DNA of 64,000 nucleotides from Octopus vulgaris (GCA_951406725.2 OX597833.1:51832001-51896000); one strand, 5' to 3'. Numbered from the stretch's first letter, positions 39,602-52,795 are shown. The notes: generated from the sequence alone by a model not told the origin. A program made the numbers and translations.

Positions 39602-39919
39602 ATTCAAAAATATAAGGAATAGCCATAATAGGACATTCAACTCACTAGAAAGAGCAGCCAAACTCAAACCGCTAAAAGTTGTAATTCTGAAACCGAAAGA
39701 GAGATAAAAACGAGGCACGCCAGTCGTAAATAAATTTAATTTAATTTAATTAATTTGTTTACGAAAGTTTGCCGAAACTATGAATAGTCCAGAGATGAAA
39801 GGGGTAAACATTTTAATTTCCCTTTCGGTTTCAGAATTACAACTTTTAGCGGTTTGAGTTTGGCTGCTCTTTCTAGTGAGTCGAATGTCCTATTATGGCC
39901 ATTCATTATATTTTTGAAT
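39602..39919. repeat. 98-bp inverted repeat enclosing a 5'-truncated hammerhead (Penelope-like inverted pseudo-LTR)
   Basis: Arms 39602-39699 and 39822-39919; spacer has ACGA-GGCA..long hairpin..TGCC-GAAA-CTA-tgaa-TAG-TC-CAGAG (39710-39794). Confidence 0.75.
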
Positions 39920-40890
39920 ATATATATATAGGGAGAATTCACGAAAAATACAAAAGACGAAGACAGGTGGTGTAGAAAAACAAAGAGATGTATTAGTATA
40001 ACGCGTGGGAATTGAAAAAGTCTTTTACGTTTCGAGCCTACGCGCATCCACAGAAAGGAACACAGAAAGAAACAAGGAGAGAAAAAAGGAGAGAAAAAAG
40101 GAGAGAAAAAAAATATATATATACACACACACATGCATGCACGTATGTATGCATGTATGTTTATATCTATATTTGTATGCATGTGTGTATAATGTGTGTG
40201 AATATATAATGAGTATATGATTTTTTTTAATGTTTAATTTCATTGATCGAAGACCTATTGGTTATTTTTGTTCGTTTAACAAAAATATTAATAGCGATCG
40301 TGGGGTGCATGCACAACAGAATCCAAACAGTGATGCATCTATTCATTTTTAATATTTTCTGGCAGATCTGAACGTGTGTATCAGATCGCTCGTGGCGAAA
40401 TGCATCACCGAGCATATATTTCCATTTGCATTCGCTACAACGTATTAAAAATGAATAAAACCACAGATTCTTTTTCTTTCTATCTACTCTTGTAAATATT
40501 TCTTTCGCTTTATTTATTTATTTAACAAAAAATTGTAGAAACATGCCTGAATACACGTAGAAGATTTTTTTTAATAAATATTTCATCGTTTTCCTGTTAC
40601 ATATTCGTACACATTCGTATATATCTCAAGGTAATTTCTGTCAGAAATCTGTTCCTCAGATTTTCATATAGATAAAGGACAAAAAGATTACAATTTTGTC
40701 ATTTGTGCCCTTAATTATATTTTAAAGAGTGGCTGTGTGGTAAGTAGCTTGCTTACCAGCCACATGGTTCCGGGTTCAGTCCCACTGCGTGGCACCGTGA
40801 GCAAGTGTCTTCTACTATAGCCTCGGGCCGACCAAAGCCTTGTTAGTGGATTTGGTAGACGGAAACTGAAAGAAGCCTATCGTATATATG

Positions 40891-40922
<32 letters not shown>

Positions 40923-41424
40923 CACATGTATGTTTGTGTGTCTGTGTTTGTCCCCCCAACATCGCTAGACCGATGCTGGTGTGTTTATGTCCCCGTCACT
41001 TAGCGGTTAGGCAAAAGAGACCGATAGAATAAGTACTGGGCTTACAAAAGAATAAGTCCCGGGGTCGAGTTGCTCGATTAAAGGCGGTGCTCCAGCATGG
41101 CCGCAGTCAAATGACTGAAACAAGTAAAAGAGAAAAAAGAGTATATTCGTACACATTCGTATATATCTCAAGGTAATTTCTGTCAGAAATCTGTTCCTCA
41201 GATTTTCATATAGATAAGGGACAAAAAGATTACAATTTTGTCATTTGTGCCCTTAATTATATTTTAAAGAGTGGCTGTGTGGTAAGTAGCTTGCTTACCA
41301 GCCACTTGGTTCCGAGTTCAGTCTCACTACCTGGCATCATGGGCAAATGTCTTCTACTATAGCCTCGGGCCAACCAAAGCCTTCTGAGTGGATCTGCTTG
41401 ACGGAAACTGAAAGAAGCTCGTCG

Positions 41425-41455
<31 letters not shown>

Positions 41456-41659
41456 GTATATATATTTTTGGCATGCAAAGAGGGTCATTTGTGCTCATTA
41501 GGAAAATGTGAATTATCCAAAACGACAGCATCAGGGACTGGAGGGGGGCGCAGGAATGAAGAACGTTGAACAAGACGTGACGTGTTGTGACGTTTAGGTG
41601 ATGTCAGTTAATACAGGTAATGGTCACAGTATAACTGTTGTTATTGTTGTTGTGTTGCA

Positions 41660-41699
41660 GTGTAGTAGTAGTAGTAGTAGTAGTAGTGGCAGCAGCAGC

Positions 41700-41785
<86 letters not shown>

Positions 41786-42011
41786 CAGCAGTAGCAGGAG
41801 GAGGAGGGGGAGTGGTAGTGGTAGTAGTGGTAGTAGTAGCAGCAGAAGTAGTAGTAGTAGTAGTGGTAGTAGCAGTAGTAATAGTAGTAGTAATAGCAGC
41901 AGAAGAAGAAAAAGCAGCAAGAGGAGGAGGAGGAGGTGGAGGAGGAGGAGGAGGTGGAGGAGTGGTAGTAGTAGTGGTAGTAGTGGTAGTAGTGGTAGCA
42001 GCAGCAGTAGC

Positions 42012-42062
<51 letters not shown>

Positions 42063-42194
42063 GGTGGTGGTAGTAGTAGTAGTAGCAGCAGCAGCAGCAG
42101 AAGTAGTAGTAGCAGCAGCAGCAGCAGAAGTAGTAGTAGTAGCAGCAGCAGCAGAAGTAGTAGTAGTAGTAGTAGCAGCAGTAGTAGTGGCAGC

Positions 42195-42228
<34 letters not shown>

Positions 42229-42230
42229 TA
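41660..42230. repeat. Mosaic trinucleotide tract (AGT/AGC/AGG/GGT)n
   Basis: Directly visible; it produces the poly-S, poly-V and poly-L ORFs. Confidence 0.95.
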
Positions 42231-42620
42231 GTTAGTCTTGTCAATCGTCGTGCTACAGGTATGAAATTTATAGCAATGGAGAAGTTTCTAAAGAAGCGTA
42301 GTCGAAAATCAAAATCAGAAAAGAAAAAAAACAACAAAAAGAAAAAAAACACGAAAAGGGGTCAAGTAGAGAGCCTATATCAAAGTGAACCTGAATTTTA
42401 ACACCTACTTGTTTACTTCTGTGTATGGCTGCAGTGTGTACACATGATCACGGCGACCAAACATAAGATGTTGTGATGACACGCCATCTAAAAGACCGCA
42501 TTTACTTTATCACGACCTCGGTGTAACATTCCCAATCACACCCCTGTCCTTCTCAGTGAGTCATTTTGCTTATCATTATATGTGTGTGTACCCGCATGCG
42601 CGCGCTTATTTAACTCTACG

Positions 42621-42651
<31 letters not shown>

Positions 42652-42734
42652 GTCTATCTATCTATCTGTCTGACTATCTATCTTCCAGCTATCTATATAT
42701 GTGAGTGGATTTGATTGACGGAAACTGAAAGAAG

Positions 42735-42772
<38 letters not shown>

Positions 42773-42856
42773 CCTATATATATATACTGTCTGATAAACG
42801 GCAACGAGAAACTCAGAGTAATAGATTTTGTTGAATTTTCTGCTGCTTTAAATAAA

Positions 42857-42903
<47 letters not shown>

Positions 42904-42917
42904 TGCATGTATGTATG

Positions 42918-42957
<40 letters not shown>

Positions 42958-42967
42958 TGTATGTATG

Positions 42968-43008
<41 letters not shown>

Positions 43009-43814
43009 CATATATATATTTAAAATAATAAGGTTGAAAAATTGAATATTAATTTGATTAATATCAATTTAAAACCAGTGGTCTAGCATATTAAAATCTG
43101 AAGATTCAGAAAAATTATTATTGCATATAAGAGGGATGACACTACGTGGACATCCATTAAGCTAGAAGTAGATCCGCTATGGTCTTACGACTAAGAAAGG
43201 AATATTCTCAAGAAAATTCAGCAAACGCCAGAATGTGAGCGAGCAAGAGAAATGAAAAGATACAAAATATAGATTTGGCTGAGAATCTGTATTTTGTTCC
43301 TTTTCGACCTCGGCGGAAGATTCTTATTTCTTTATCACCCACACGGTGCCAAACATAGAGGGGACAAACAAGGACAGACAAAAGGATTAAGTCGATTACA
43401 TCGACCCCAGTGCGCAACTGGTACTTAATTTATCGACGCCGAAAGGATGAAAGGCAAAGTCGACCTCGGCGGAATTTGAACTCAGGACGTAACGGCAGAC
43501 GAAATACGGCTGCGCATTTCGCCCGGCGTGCTAATGGTTCTGCCAGCTCGCCGCCTCTTGTAAAACAAAATGATAAAATACTGAGAAATCCCAATTTACT
43601 GTTTTGCTTCCCTGGATCCCCAAAAGTCTTACATGGCCTTGCAAGGGCCATATGGATCCCGGATACGAACCATTGTTACATTAGATGACATTTTCCCAAG
43701 ATATCGCGCAATGTGGCCATCAATCAGCATTAAAATCTATGTTGGTTTCTTGCAGCGGATAAGGTGTTTTATGGTATACACATAGGCAGCCGTAGCTGTG
43801 AGGTAAGAACATTA

Positions 43815-44047
43815 AAGGCGGCGAGCTGGCAGAAGCGTTAGCACGCCGGGCGAAATGCGCAGCCGTATTTCGTCTGCCGTTACGTTCTGAGTTCAAATTC
43901 CGCCGAGGTCGACTTTACCTTTCATTCTTTCGGGGTCGATTCAATAAGTACCAGTGACGCACTGGGGTCGATATAATCGACTTAATCCGTTTGTCTGTCC
44001 TTGTTTGTCCACTCTGTATTTAGCCCCTTGTGGGTAGTAAAGAAATA
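43815..44047 (+). mobile_element. SINE B inserted in the A-box region of a SINE A (host ~43785-44408)
   Basis: 15-bp TSD GAGGTAAGAACATTA at 43800-43814 and 44048-44062. Confidence 0.9.
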
Positions 44048-44426
44048 GAGGTAAGAACATTACTTCACAACCACATGTCCCGGGTTCAATACCACTGCGT
44101 GGAGCTTTGGGCAAGTTACTTCTACTATAGCGTCGGGCAAACCAAAGCCTTGTAAGTGGATTTGGTTAGACCGAAACTGAAAGAAGCCTTTCGTATATGT
44201 GTTTGTTAGTTCCCTACCACTTCTTGACAACCGGTGTTGGCGTGTTTACATCCCCGTAACTTAGCGGTCCGGCAAAAAGACTCCGATAGAATAAGTACTA
44301 TTCTTTAAAAAAAAAACGTAAAGTCTTGAGGTCGATTTGTTCGACAAAGATCCTTCAAGATGGTGAGATGGTGTCCCAACATGGCGGCAATCGAATGACT
44401 GAAACAAAATAATAATAATAATAATG

Positions 44427-44459
<33 letters not shown>

Positions 44460-44492
44460 CTACTACTACTACTAATAATAATAATATTAATG

Positions 44493-44573
<81 letters not shown>

Positions 44574-44607
44574 TGATAATAATAATAATAATAATAATAA
44601 TGATAAT

Positions 44608-46350
44608 ACGAATCTCCAATTATACCACTCTAATGGAGTACTTGCCTCAGAAAATATAAACATCAACTGTGGAATTTTTCAAGGTGACTCACTTTCACCT
44701 TTAATATTATGCATAGCCCTAATACCCCTTACAAGTGAATTAAACAGAACAGGGTATGGGTATAAAATTGCCAATAAAAAAATAAGCCATCTATTTTATA
44801 TGGATGACTTAAAACTTTATGGTAAAGACAATAATGAACTTGAAGGCCTATTGCGCACCGTGAAAGCATTCAGCGATGACATCGGGATGGAGTTTGGACT
44901 TGAGAAGTGTGCCAAGGCCACTTTCCAGAAAGGGAAAGTGAAGACCACAAATTCAGTCGTGTTAGATGTTGACACAGTCATAAGAGAGCTTGAGCAAGAA
45001 CAGACATACAAATATTTAGGGATAAATGAAGGCTCTGGTATTCAGCATGCAAGCATGAAAGAGAAAATCAGGAAGGAATGTTATAGGAGAGTTCGTGCAG
45101 TCCTGAAATCTGAACTAAATGCACGTAACAAGGTGTTAGCTATAAATTCCTTAGCAGTTCCAGTTGTTACTTATAGCTACAATGTGTTGAACTGGAATAT
45201 GAGTGAAGTAAAGAATATAGATAGAAAAATACGCAAGCTGCTGAGTTGTAATAGGATGCACCACCCAAAGGCAGACGTAGATCGCCTTTACCTTCCCAGA
45301 GCCCAAGGAGGTCGAGGCCTGATCCAATTTGAACTAGCTTACAAAACAACCACAATTGGACTGGCCAAATATCTCGAAATATCGAATGACTGGATGCTAA
45401 AGCTCGTGGAAAATCACGAGAGACGAAAGAAGCTTCATTCTATCATAAAGGAAAGCAAAAAATTTGCTATTGATCTCGTGCAGGATACCCAAACTGAACA
45501 ACCCGAGGGAAGTACGGCAACTATTGTTGCAAAGAAGGTGAAAATGATGGCAATGAAAAAAGCGCACGAGCAATTGGCTGATAGGTGGGAGGAGAAATCT
45601 CTGCACGGCAAATATGTGACCCGCAGCAAACAAGCTGATGTTGACCAGAAGCAAACCCATCAGTGGCTGCGGAGCTCAGGGCTAAAAGCAGAGAGCGAAG
45701 GTTTCATCCTGGCTGCTCAAGACCAAAGCCTATTAACCCGGAACTACCAGGCCAATGTGATGAAAAATGGAGCAGACCCAAAATGCCGATTCTGCAACGA
45801 CATGATTGAAACAGTGGACCACCTAATCTCTGGATGTAAAGTCTTAGCACCAGTGGAGTATAAATTAAGACATGACAGAGTTGGCCAATATCTCCACTGG
45901 CTAATAAGTCGGCATTACAATATCAAAACTGCCGACAAGTGGTATAATCACCACCCTGAGGCTGTAACTGAAGGAGAAAATGTAACCATTCTGTGGGACT
46001 TTCCAGTACATACAGACCGAACCATCAAGGCCAATAAACCAGATATTGTTGTGAAAGACCAAAACAATAAAGTTTGCTTATTGATCGACATGAGCATCCC
46101 CTGTGATCATAATATCTCAGCGAAAGAGTTTGACAAGCTCAGAAAATATAAAGACCTACTCATTGAAATTGAGAAAATGTGGCATCTCAAGGCGGTTACA
46201 ATACCAGTGATCGTAGGAGCACTAGGAATGATCAAGAAGGGAACCGAAAATTATATGAGAATGATCCCTGGCTTACCATCCCTGCAAGAAGTGCAAAAGA
46301 TTGTCTTAACTGGTACATCACACGTATTGAGAAGAGCGTTGTCGATGTGA
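44608..46350 (+). CDS. Partial reverse transcriptase / CCHC zinc knuckle / restriction-like endonuclease (N-terminus missing)
   Basis: Frame is open from 44608: GIFQGDSLSP, FYMDD (the track's Met at 44800 is the M of YMDD), YKYLG, GGRGL, CRFC..ETVDHLISGC, RHD, KPDIVV..LIDMSIP..K..KY; no stops or frameshifts. Confidence 0.92.
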   Translation, partial: TNLQLYHSNGVLASENININCGIFQGDSLSPLILCIALIPLTSELNRTGYGYKIANKKISHLFYMDDLKLYGKDNNELEGLLRTVKAFSDDIGMEFGLEKCAKATFQKGKVKTTNSVVLDVDTVIRELEQEQTYKYLGINEGSGIQHASMKEKIRKECYRRVRAVLKSELNARNKVLAINSLAVPVVTYSYNVLNWNMSEVKNIDRKIRKLLSCNRMHHPKADVDRLYLPRAQGGRGLIQFELAYKTTTIGLAKYLEISNDWMLKLVENHERRKKLHSIIKESKKFAIDLVQDTQTEQPEGSTATIVAKKVKMMAMKKAHEQLADRWEEKSLHGKYVTRSKQADVDQKQTHQWLRSSGLKAESEGFILAAQDQSLLTRNYQANVMKNGADPKCRFCNDMIETVDHLISGCKVLAPVEYKLRHDRVGQYLHWLISRHYNIKTADKWYNHHPEAVTEGENVTILWDFPVHTDRTIKANKPDIVVKDQNNKVCLLIDMSIPCDHNISAKEFDKLRKYKDLLIEIEKMWHLKAVTIPVIVGALGMIKKGTENYMRMIPGLPSLQEVQKIVLTGTSHVLRRALSM

Positions 46351-46525
46351 GAACTGTTGCTGCTCATGTATTTTAATTTAACTTAAAAAAAAAAAAAAAA
46401 AAAATGAACGAACTATTGAGTTTGGTTTAATGGCCTACCAATATACACTATGAGTTTCTTTGCCCTAGGAGTCGGGAAGACACTCGGCAAGAAATGGAAG
46501 AAAATTTGAAAGAAGAAAAAAAAAG
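44608..46525 (+). mobile_element. 5'-truncated R4/Dong-like site-specific non-LTR retrotransposon in (TAA)n
   Basis: Flanked by (AAT)n at 44408-44607 and TAATAATAATGATAATA at 46526-46542; RT plus CCHC plus restriction-like endonuclease; 175-bp 3'UTR. Confidence 0.9.
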
Positions 46526-47450
46526 TAATAATAATGATAATAGGAAAACACTCGGCGGAAGAAAATTTGAAGAAAGAAGGGAAAAAAAATTTGAAGAAAG
46601 AAGGAAAAAAAAATAATATTAATATTAAATAGAAAAAGAGATACCCACTTCTCTTTACGTTTTGAGTTCAAATCCTGCGTAAATTTACTTATTTTCTTTC
46701 ATCCTTTTACATGAATGAATTACCAATGAATTACAGGGCGACGAAAAACTCTCCCTCTATATTTCGAAATGTGTGGCTCATTGTTGCCAAATTTCTGGAA
46801 ACCATTCTTCAAAGATCACTTCCGGTTTTGTCAGAAATCGAAGAAAAAAAAAAAGAAGAAAAACAAAATTCTTCCAGAGACTGCCTCGGTGTGTGTGTGT
46901 GCCTGTGACTGTACCTGTAGGTATGCCTGCGTATGTCCGTTTAGACGTGTATGTATGTCTATGGCTGTATGTGTTAACTTAGATGTGTCTATTATTTCTT
47001 GTCTTCGGCTCTGCTTTTAATTGTTTATGTATATGCTTGCATGCGAGTGCAGCGCTTTTAATTTGTGTAAGACGGCAAATTTCAAACAAAAAACATGTGT
47101 GGTAAGTAGTTTTTCTGTAAAGAAAGCATTGTCTAAAGTAGGCTACCCCCGTCAGAAACATGTGTTTTTCTCATTTTTCCACAGATATTCATCACAAAAC
47201 CATCTGCTATTGGTCATTGGTCCACTGAAGTTTTGCCTCCCCACCACATACACACACACACATACACACACACACACACACATACATACATACATACATA
47301 CATACATACATACATACATACATACATGCATACATACGTATATAATGAATGGTATGCGTACAAGCGATAATCTCTGTTACTATCTTATCTAGCTCCTCTT
47401 CTAACTCTGTATATCCGTCTCTCGCCCTCCCTCCCTCTCACTCTCTCACC

Positions 47451-47484
<34 letters not shown>

Positions 47485-47767
47485 GTGAGAGAGAGACAGA
47501 GTGTGTATATATGCATGTGTTTGTGTATGTATGTATGTATGTATGTATGTATATGTGTGTGTATGCATATGTGTGTGTACTTGAGTGCTTACCCTATGTA
47601 TATATGTATGCATATATGTGTGTATGTATGTATGTATATATATATATGTGTGTATGTGTGAGAGAGAGAGAGACAGAGAGTATGTGTGTATATATATGCA
47701 TATGTTTGTGTATGTACGTATGAATATATATGTATGTGTATGCATATATGTATATATGTATATATAC

Positions 47768-47827
<60 letters not shown>

Positions 47828-48000
47828 AGAATTCACCCTATCCCTCTCCTCACATTTCAGTACCCTGTTCATTGTCCTTCTTCATGTGTTTCAAGACCGT
47901 TTTTCTCTTTTCCTCTCCCCTCCACTCTTTCTCTCTTTCTTCGACTCTGTCTTTGTTTCGTTTCGCTCTCTCCATTTCTTCAGAAACCATGCTTCTCTTA

Positions 48001-48032
<32 letters not shown>

Positions 48033-49072
48033 CTCTCTCTCTCCATTTCTCTCTTCCATCCATATTCCATTTCTTTCTTTAAATCCTCTCTCTGTTTCCC
48101 TCACTATAAATCTGACTCTCTCCAACCTTTTCTCTTCCCCGTCACTTTCTCTGTCTCTCACTCTCTCTCTGTCTCTCTCTCTTTCACTCCCTCTCTCTCT
48201 CTCACTCTCTCTCTCTCTCTCGGTCGCTCGCTCTCATTCCTCACTAGAGTTTTCTTTTCATTTTTATCTTCAACTCCATCACTTTTCTTCCTTTTCTTCA
48301 CTTACTCTCACAGCTCCCCCTTTCTCATCCTCTGTTTCTCTCTCTCCCTCTCTTTCACTCTTCTTCCTCCGCCCTCTCACCAACACAAACGTCTCCCTAT
48401 CTCTCAATCTCTCCCTTTCAGAAGCCCCTTCCTTTCCAACATCTATTCCACCTTAATACTTCCTCATCACCTCTCACAGTTTCCCTTCTTTCTTTCTTTC
48501 TTTCTTTTCTCTCTCTCTCTCTCCCTTTCTCGCCCCCCCATCTCTCTATCATACCACAAAAAACCCCACCCACCCCACCAAGCACCCCTGACATGATAAT
48601 ATGAAGCTGGAGAATCAGAAATGTTCTTGTCTTGTTGAGATTAAGTGAGCGGATAATTTCAGTTTATACGCTTTGTGTGTGTGTGAGTATGTGTAAGTGT
48701 GTGTGTGTCTGTTTGATTCATGTGTCTATGTGTGTGTGTGATTATAAACGCATATAACGCGCACAAATGCACATACACTCACACACATATACCCACATAT
48801 ATACGTAATTATATAAACGTAGATATGTGTACACGGATTACGAGCACAATGTATACGCATTTAGTGTGTGCATGAGCATGATATATATGTGTGTGTGTGT
48901 GAGAGAGAGAGAGGAGGGGGTTCGTCCACATATACGCACATATATAAACATCCGCATATACATTCTCTATGACTGTGTGTTTGCTGTGTATGCATTATCT
49001 TGAGGAACATCAGGTATAGATTTCTCGATTCTTTGATTCTTCTACATCTAACTTTACCGAAAGTTTCTTATC

Positions 49073-49109
<37 letters not shown>

Positions 49110-49613
49110 ACACATCTAATGTAAACACACATTTGCAATCACAGGCATGCACACATAGACAAGTAAACATACACACACATATGATGATGATTGTATGTCA
49201 CTCAATTACGTTGTTGTTGTTATTAAGATACTGTAGAAGGGAAACTATGATCATGAGCGTTCCATCTGAGGCCATCACGCCTGTTTTTTTGTTTTTTTTT
49301 AAATTTTCATCCTCTATTTTCAGACCTGCATTATCCTAAGTATCCTTTTATTGTCTTATTTTTGGGTGGTGCTTTTTTAATTGCAGAGTGAGAACGGAAT
49401 GGAATTTTGGCTGCTATTTCTACAATATCAAACGACAGTATAGACCAGTGGCCCTCAACTCTATTTTACCTATGGACCTCTTTCATTCCTCTTTTACTCT
49501 TTTTTCGATGTTTAAAAAACCCTGTTACGTTTTTATAACTAAACATTATTAGGAATTGTATTTTAAAAATTGCTAAAATATTTTGTGTATTATAGAAGTA
49601 TTTTTTAAAAATT

Positions 49614-49934
49614 TATGCGCCCTTTTCAAGCCCAGCCAGGCTCATGGGCCCGGTTTCTCGGTTTCTGTGGCGTGCGTGTCCCCCCACCCACACCCACCTG
49701 GACAGGACGCCAGTCCATCACAGCGTTACTCAAGAAACAGGAAGAAAGAGTAAGAGAAAGTTGGGGCGAAAGAGTACAACAGGGGGTCGCCACCCCCCAA
49801 CCCCTGCGGGAGACTTGTGGAGCTTTTAGGTGTTTTCGCTCAACAAACACACACAACGCCCGGTCTGGGAATCGAAACCGCGATCCTCCGACCGCGAGTC
49901 CGCTGCCCTAACCACTGGCCCATTGCGCCTCCAC
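49614..49934 (-). mobile_element. SINE family C (tail type 2) with 12-bp TSD, nested in a hAT-like MITE remnant (~49446-50023)
   Basis: TSD TTATAGAAGTAT at 49590-49601 and 49935-49946; host starts CAGTGGCCCTCAAC. Confidence 0.8.
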
Positions 49935-50126
49935 TTATAGAAGTATAACCAGTTTGTTTCACATAAATTTTTAACAACAAAATATTATACCCCATGGATC
50001 ATATGGACCCGATTTAGAACTACTTACAAAGAATGATTTCTGATTATCGCGGTCACAAAACCTTTAGTATCTAAGTCACTACATACAAGCACGCCCATAC
50101 GATGCACGTACCTATAACGATTACAT

Positions 50127-50324
50127 GTAAGTTCATCGCCATCAATTCACCGCAGAGAAAGTTCACCGTGAGGAAAGTTTACCGAGAAAATATATCGATA
50201 GTATCTCACCGTTAATAGTTATAAGCTATTTTATTGCAACAAAAAAAAATGGCGACCAAAATCAAAAACCGTAAAATGATGGCGATGAAATTTCCCTACG
50301 GTGAATTGATAACAGTGAACTTAC
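50127..50324. mobile_element. Small foldback/MULE-like MITE
   Basis: ~42-bp imperfect TIRs built from AGTTCACCG-type subrepeats. Confidence 0.55.
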
Positions 50325-51369
50325 GGGACATGATCTAAAACACATATTGCTTCGCGCCTTTCTCCCTTGGGTCCTCAACGTCTAGTGGAATAGTTAGGGT
50401 CACCGATGTTACATACAGCTTGCCTCTCGGGGAATTTTTAACGAACACTGCATGTTTCTTCCAGAGAGAAAAAGATATAGAATAAAAGGGAGAAGCAAGA
50501 AGAACCGATTTCTGTACTTGACTAGTAAGTTCGTTTATCTCCCTCGGAAAATAAGAACGGCAAAGTTCATCACGACTGATTAGAACTCAGAACGGACATA
50601 ACCAGAACATATACAGTAAGCTAATTTATGCGACACTCTTTCGACAACCCATGCAAAACTCTGCCTAAACATATATAAATATAAATATATATAAACATTC
50701 TGAGTTCTGAGTTCAAATTCTGCCGAGGTCGACTTTGCCTATCATCTTTTCGGGGTCGATAAATTAAGCACCAGTTTCTCACTGGGGTCGATGTAATCGA
50801 CTTAATCCCTTTGTCATTCCTTGTTTGTCCCCTCTATGTTTAGCCCCTTGTGGGTAGTAAAGAAATATATATAAATATAAATATATATAAACATTCTGAG
50901 TTCTGAGTTCAAATTCCGCCGAGGTCGACTTTGCCTTTCATCCTTTCGGGGTCGATAAATTAAGCACCAGTTTCTCACTGGGGACGATGTAATCGATTTA
51001 ATCCCTTTGTCTGTCCTTGTTTGTCCCCTCTATGTTTATCCCCTTCTGGGTAATAAAGAATAAAGAAATAAGACTTCTTTTAGCTTAGACAGCGATATAG
51101 GGACAGTTAGTCTCAATCTGGACAACCGGCCCGAATGCTTGCAAAAGAGTGTAGGAATCTGCTAAAAGTACCAGGGCACCTGTTGGTGGTGTTAAAAACC
51201 CGACGACCAATTAAATCTACCACCCAAAGTGGACTGACTGGTGTAACACGAAAAGAAATTTGGTTGCTATTTCTACAGATGGGGAAACCATACTGAAGAT
51301 CCTTTGTTGCTGCCTTTTGGATAGCTACACACGTAGATGATAGTGGTATGTGTGTGTGTGCGTGCGTGC

Positions 51370-51479
<110 letters not shown>

Positions 51480-51634
51480 AGTGACCTTAACTTTACGAAC
51501 GAAATATATCGCAATTTGCTTTTATCGTGTATCGCCTGTTCTGGACCCCCCATAACATTACGATATAACCAGCTTAATTTTACAGCATCTTTTTTCCTCC
51601 TCCTCCTCCACCTTCACAGTCTATCCCCCCTCTT

Positions 51635-51668
<34 letters not shown>

Positions 51669-51804
51669 TCTTTCTCTGTCTCTCTCTTCGGCTATAAACT
51701 ATTGCAGTAAGAGATAATTTCATGGGGAAATTAAATTCAAAAATATAAAAAGACACAGAACAAACCAAACCCTACACAACTCCTTCCTTTACTTCGCCAC
51801 CATT

Positions 51805-51845
<41 letters not shown>

Positions 51846-52166
51846 ACACACACAAAACACGAGTCCTCCGTACTATTTTTACTGTATCTTAACTACTATT
51901 ACCGCTTCCTGAAATCAGCTTGTCCTGTGGTGCATTAAATACGACAGCAAAAAGAAACAAAAATGAACGAGGAAAAGGCAGCTGTCATTTTGTGACACTC
52001 TTGGCGGTATGAAACCTGTTCAGGCATGCGCACAACGCGTGTTCATTCATCAAGAAAGATATGACGTGTGTCTCGATGGTCCACTTCGTCAGAAAAAAGC
52101 CCTTCATTAATTCCTGCTCCCGTTGTTGTTGTTGTTGTTGTTGTTGTTGCTGTTATCATTTTATTA

Positions 52167-52203
<37 letters not shown>

Positions 52204-52288
52204 CATCATCATTATTATTATTTATATTATTATTATTATTGTTATTATTATTACTACTGCTATTACTACTACTATTATTATTATTTAT

Positions 52289-52328
<40 letters not shown>

Positions 52329-52344
52329 CGTGGCGGTGGTGGTG

Positions 52345-52404
<60 letters not shown>

Positions 52405-52754
52405 TGTGGTGGTGGTGTCGATGGTGGTGGTTATGGCTGTGGTGGTAGTGTGATAACAGGGGTGTTATTTATCTGGTTTCAGGATTTTTTTCTTGTTTTT
52501 TTTTGATTTTTTGATCTTGATAAACTGAAATTAAACGATCAGATGCTAAGGCTTTAAGTGGTCTGAAAGAGAAGAGGATAATTTTTCAATCGTAAATGTG
52601 AACAATGTGGTTTCAAGTACTTCCTGGAGTTATATATTTAACAATCACTCTCACATTCACCCTTTTCCTGATGTGTGTGTGTGTGTGTGTGTCTGTGTGT
52701 GTGTGTGTCTGTGTGTGTGTGCATATATATAATATATATATGCATATGTTTGAG

Positions 52755-52795
<41 letters not shown>

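Noticed and set aside
41598-42401. 267-aa Ser-rich ORF with basic patches
   Set aside because: Lies over a trinucleotide mosaic open in several frames and on both strands; no splice or codon evidence.
47686-48596. 256-aa and 236-aa S/L/F-rich ORFs
   Set aside because: Products of a polypyrimidine (CT)n-rich low-complexity tract.
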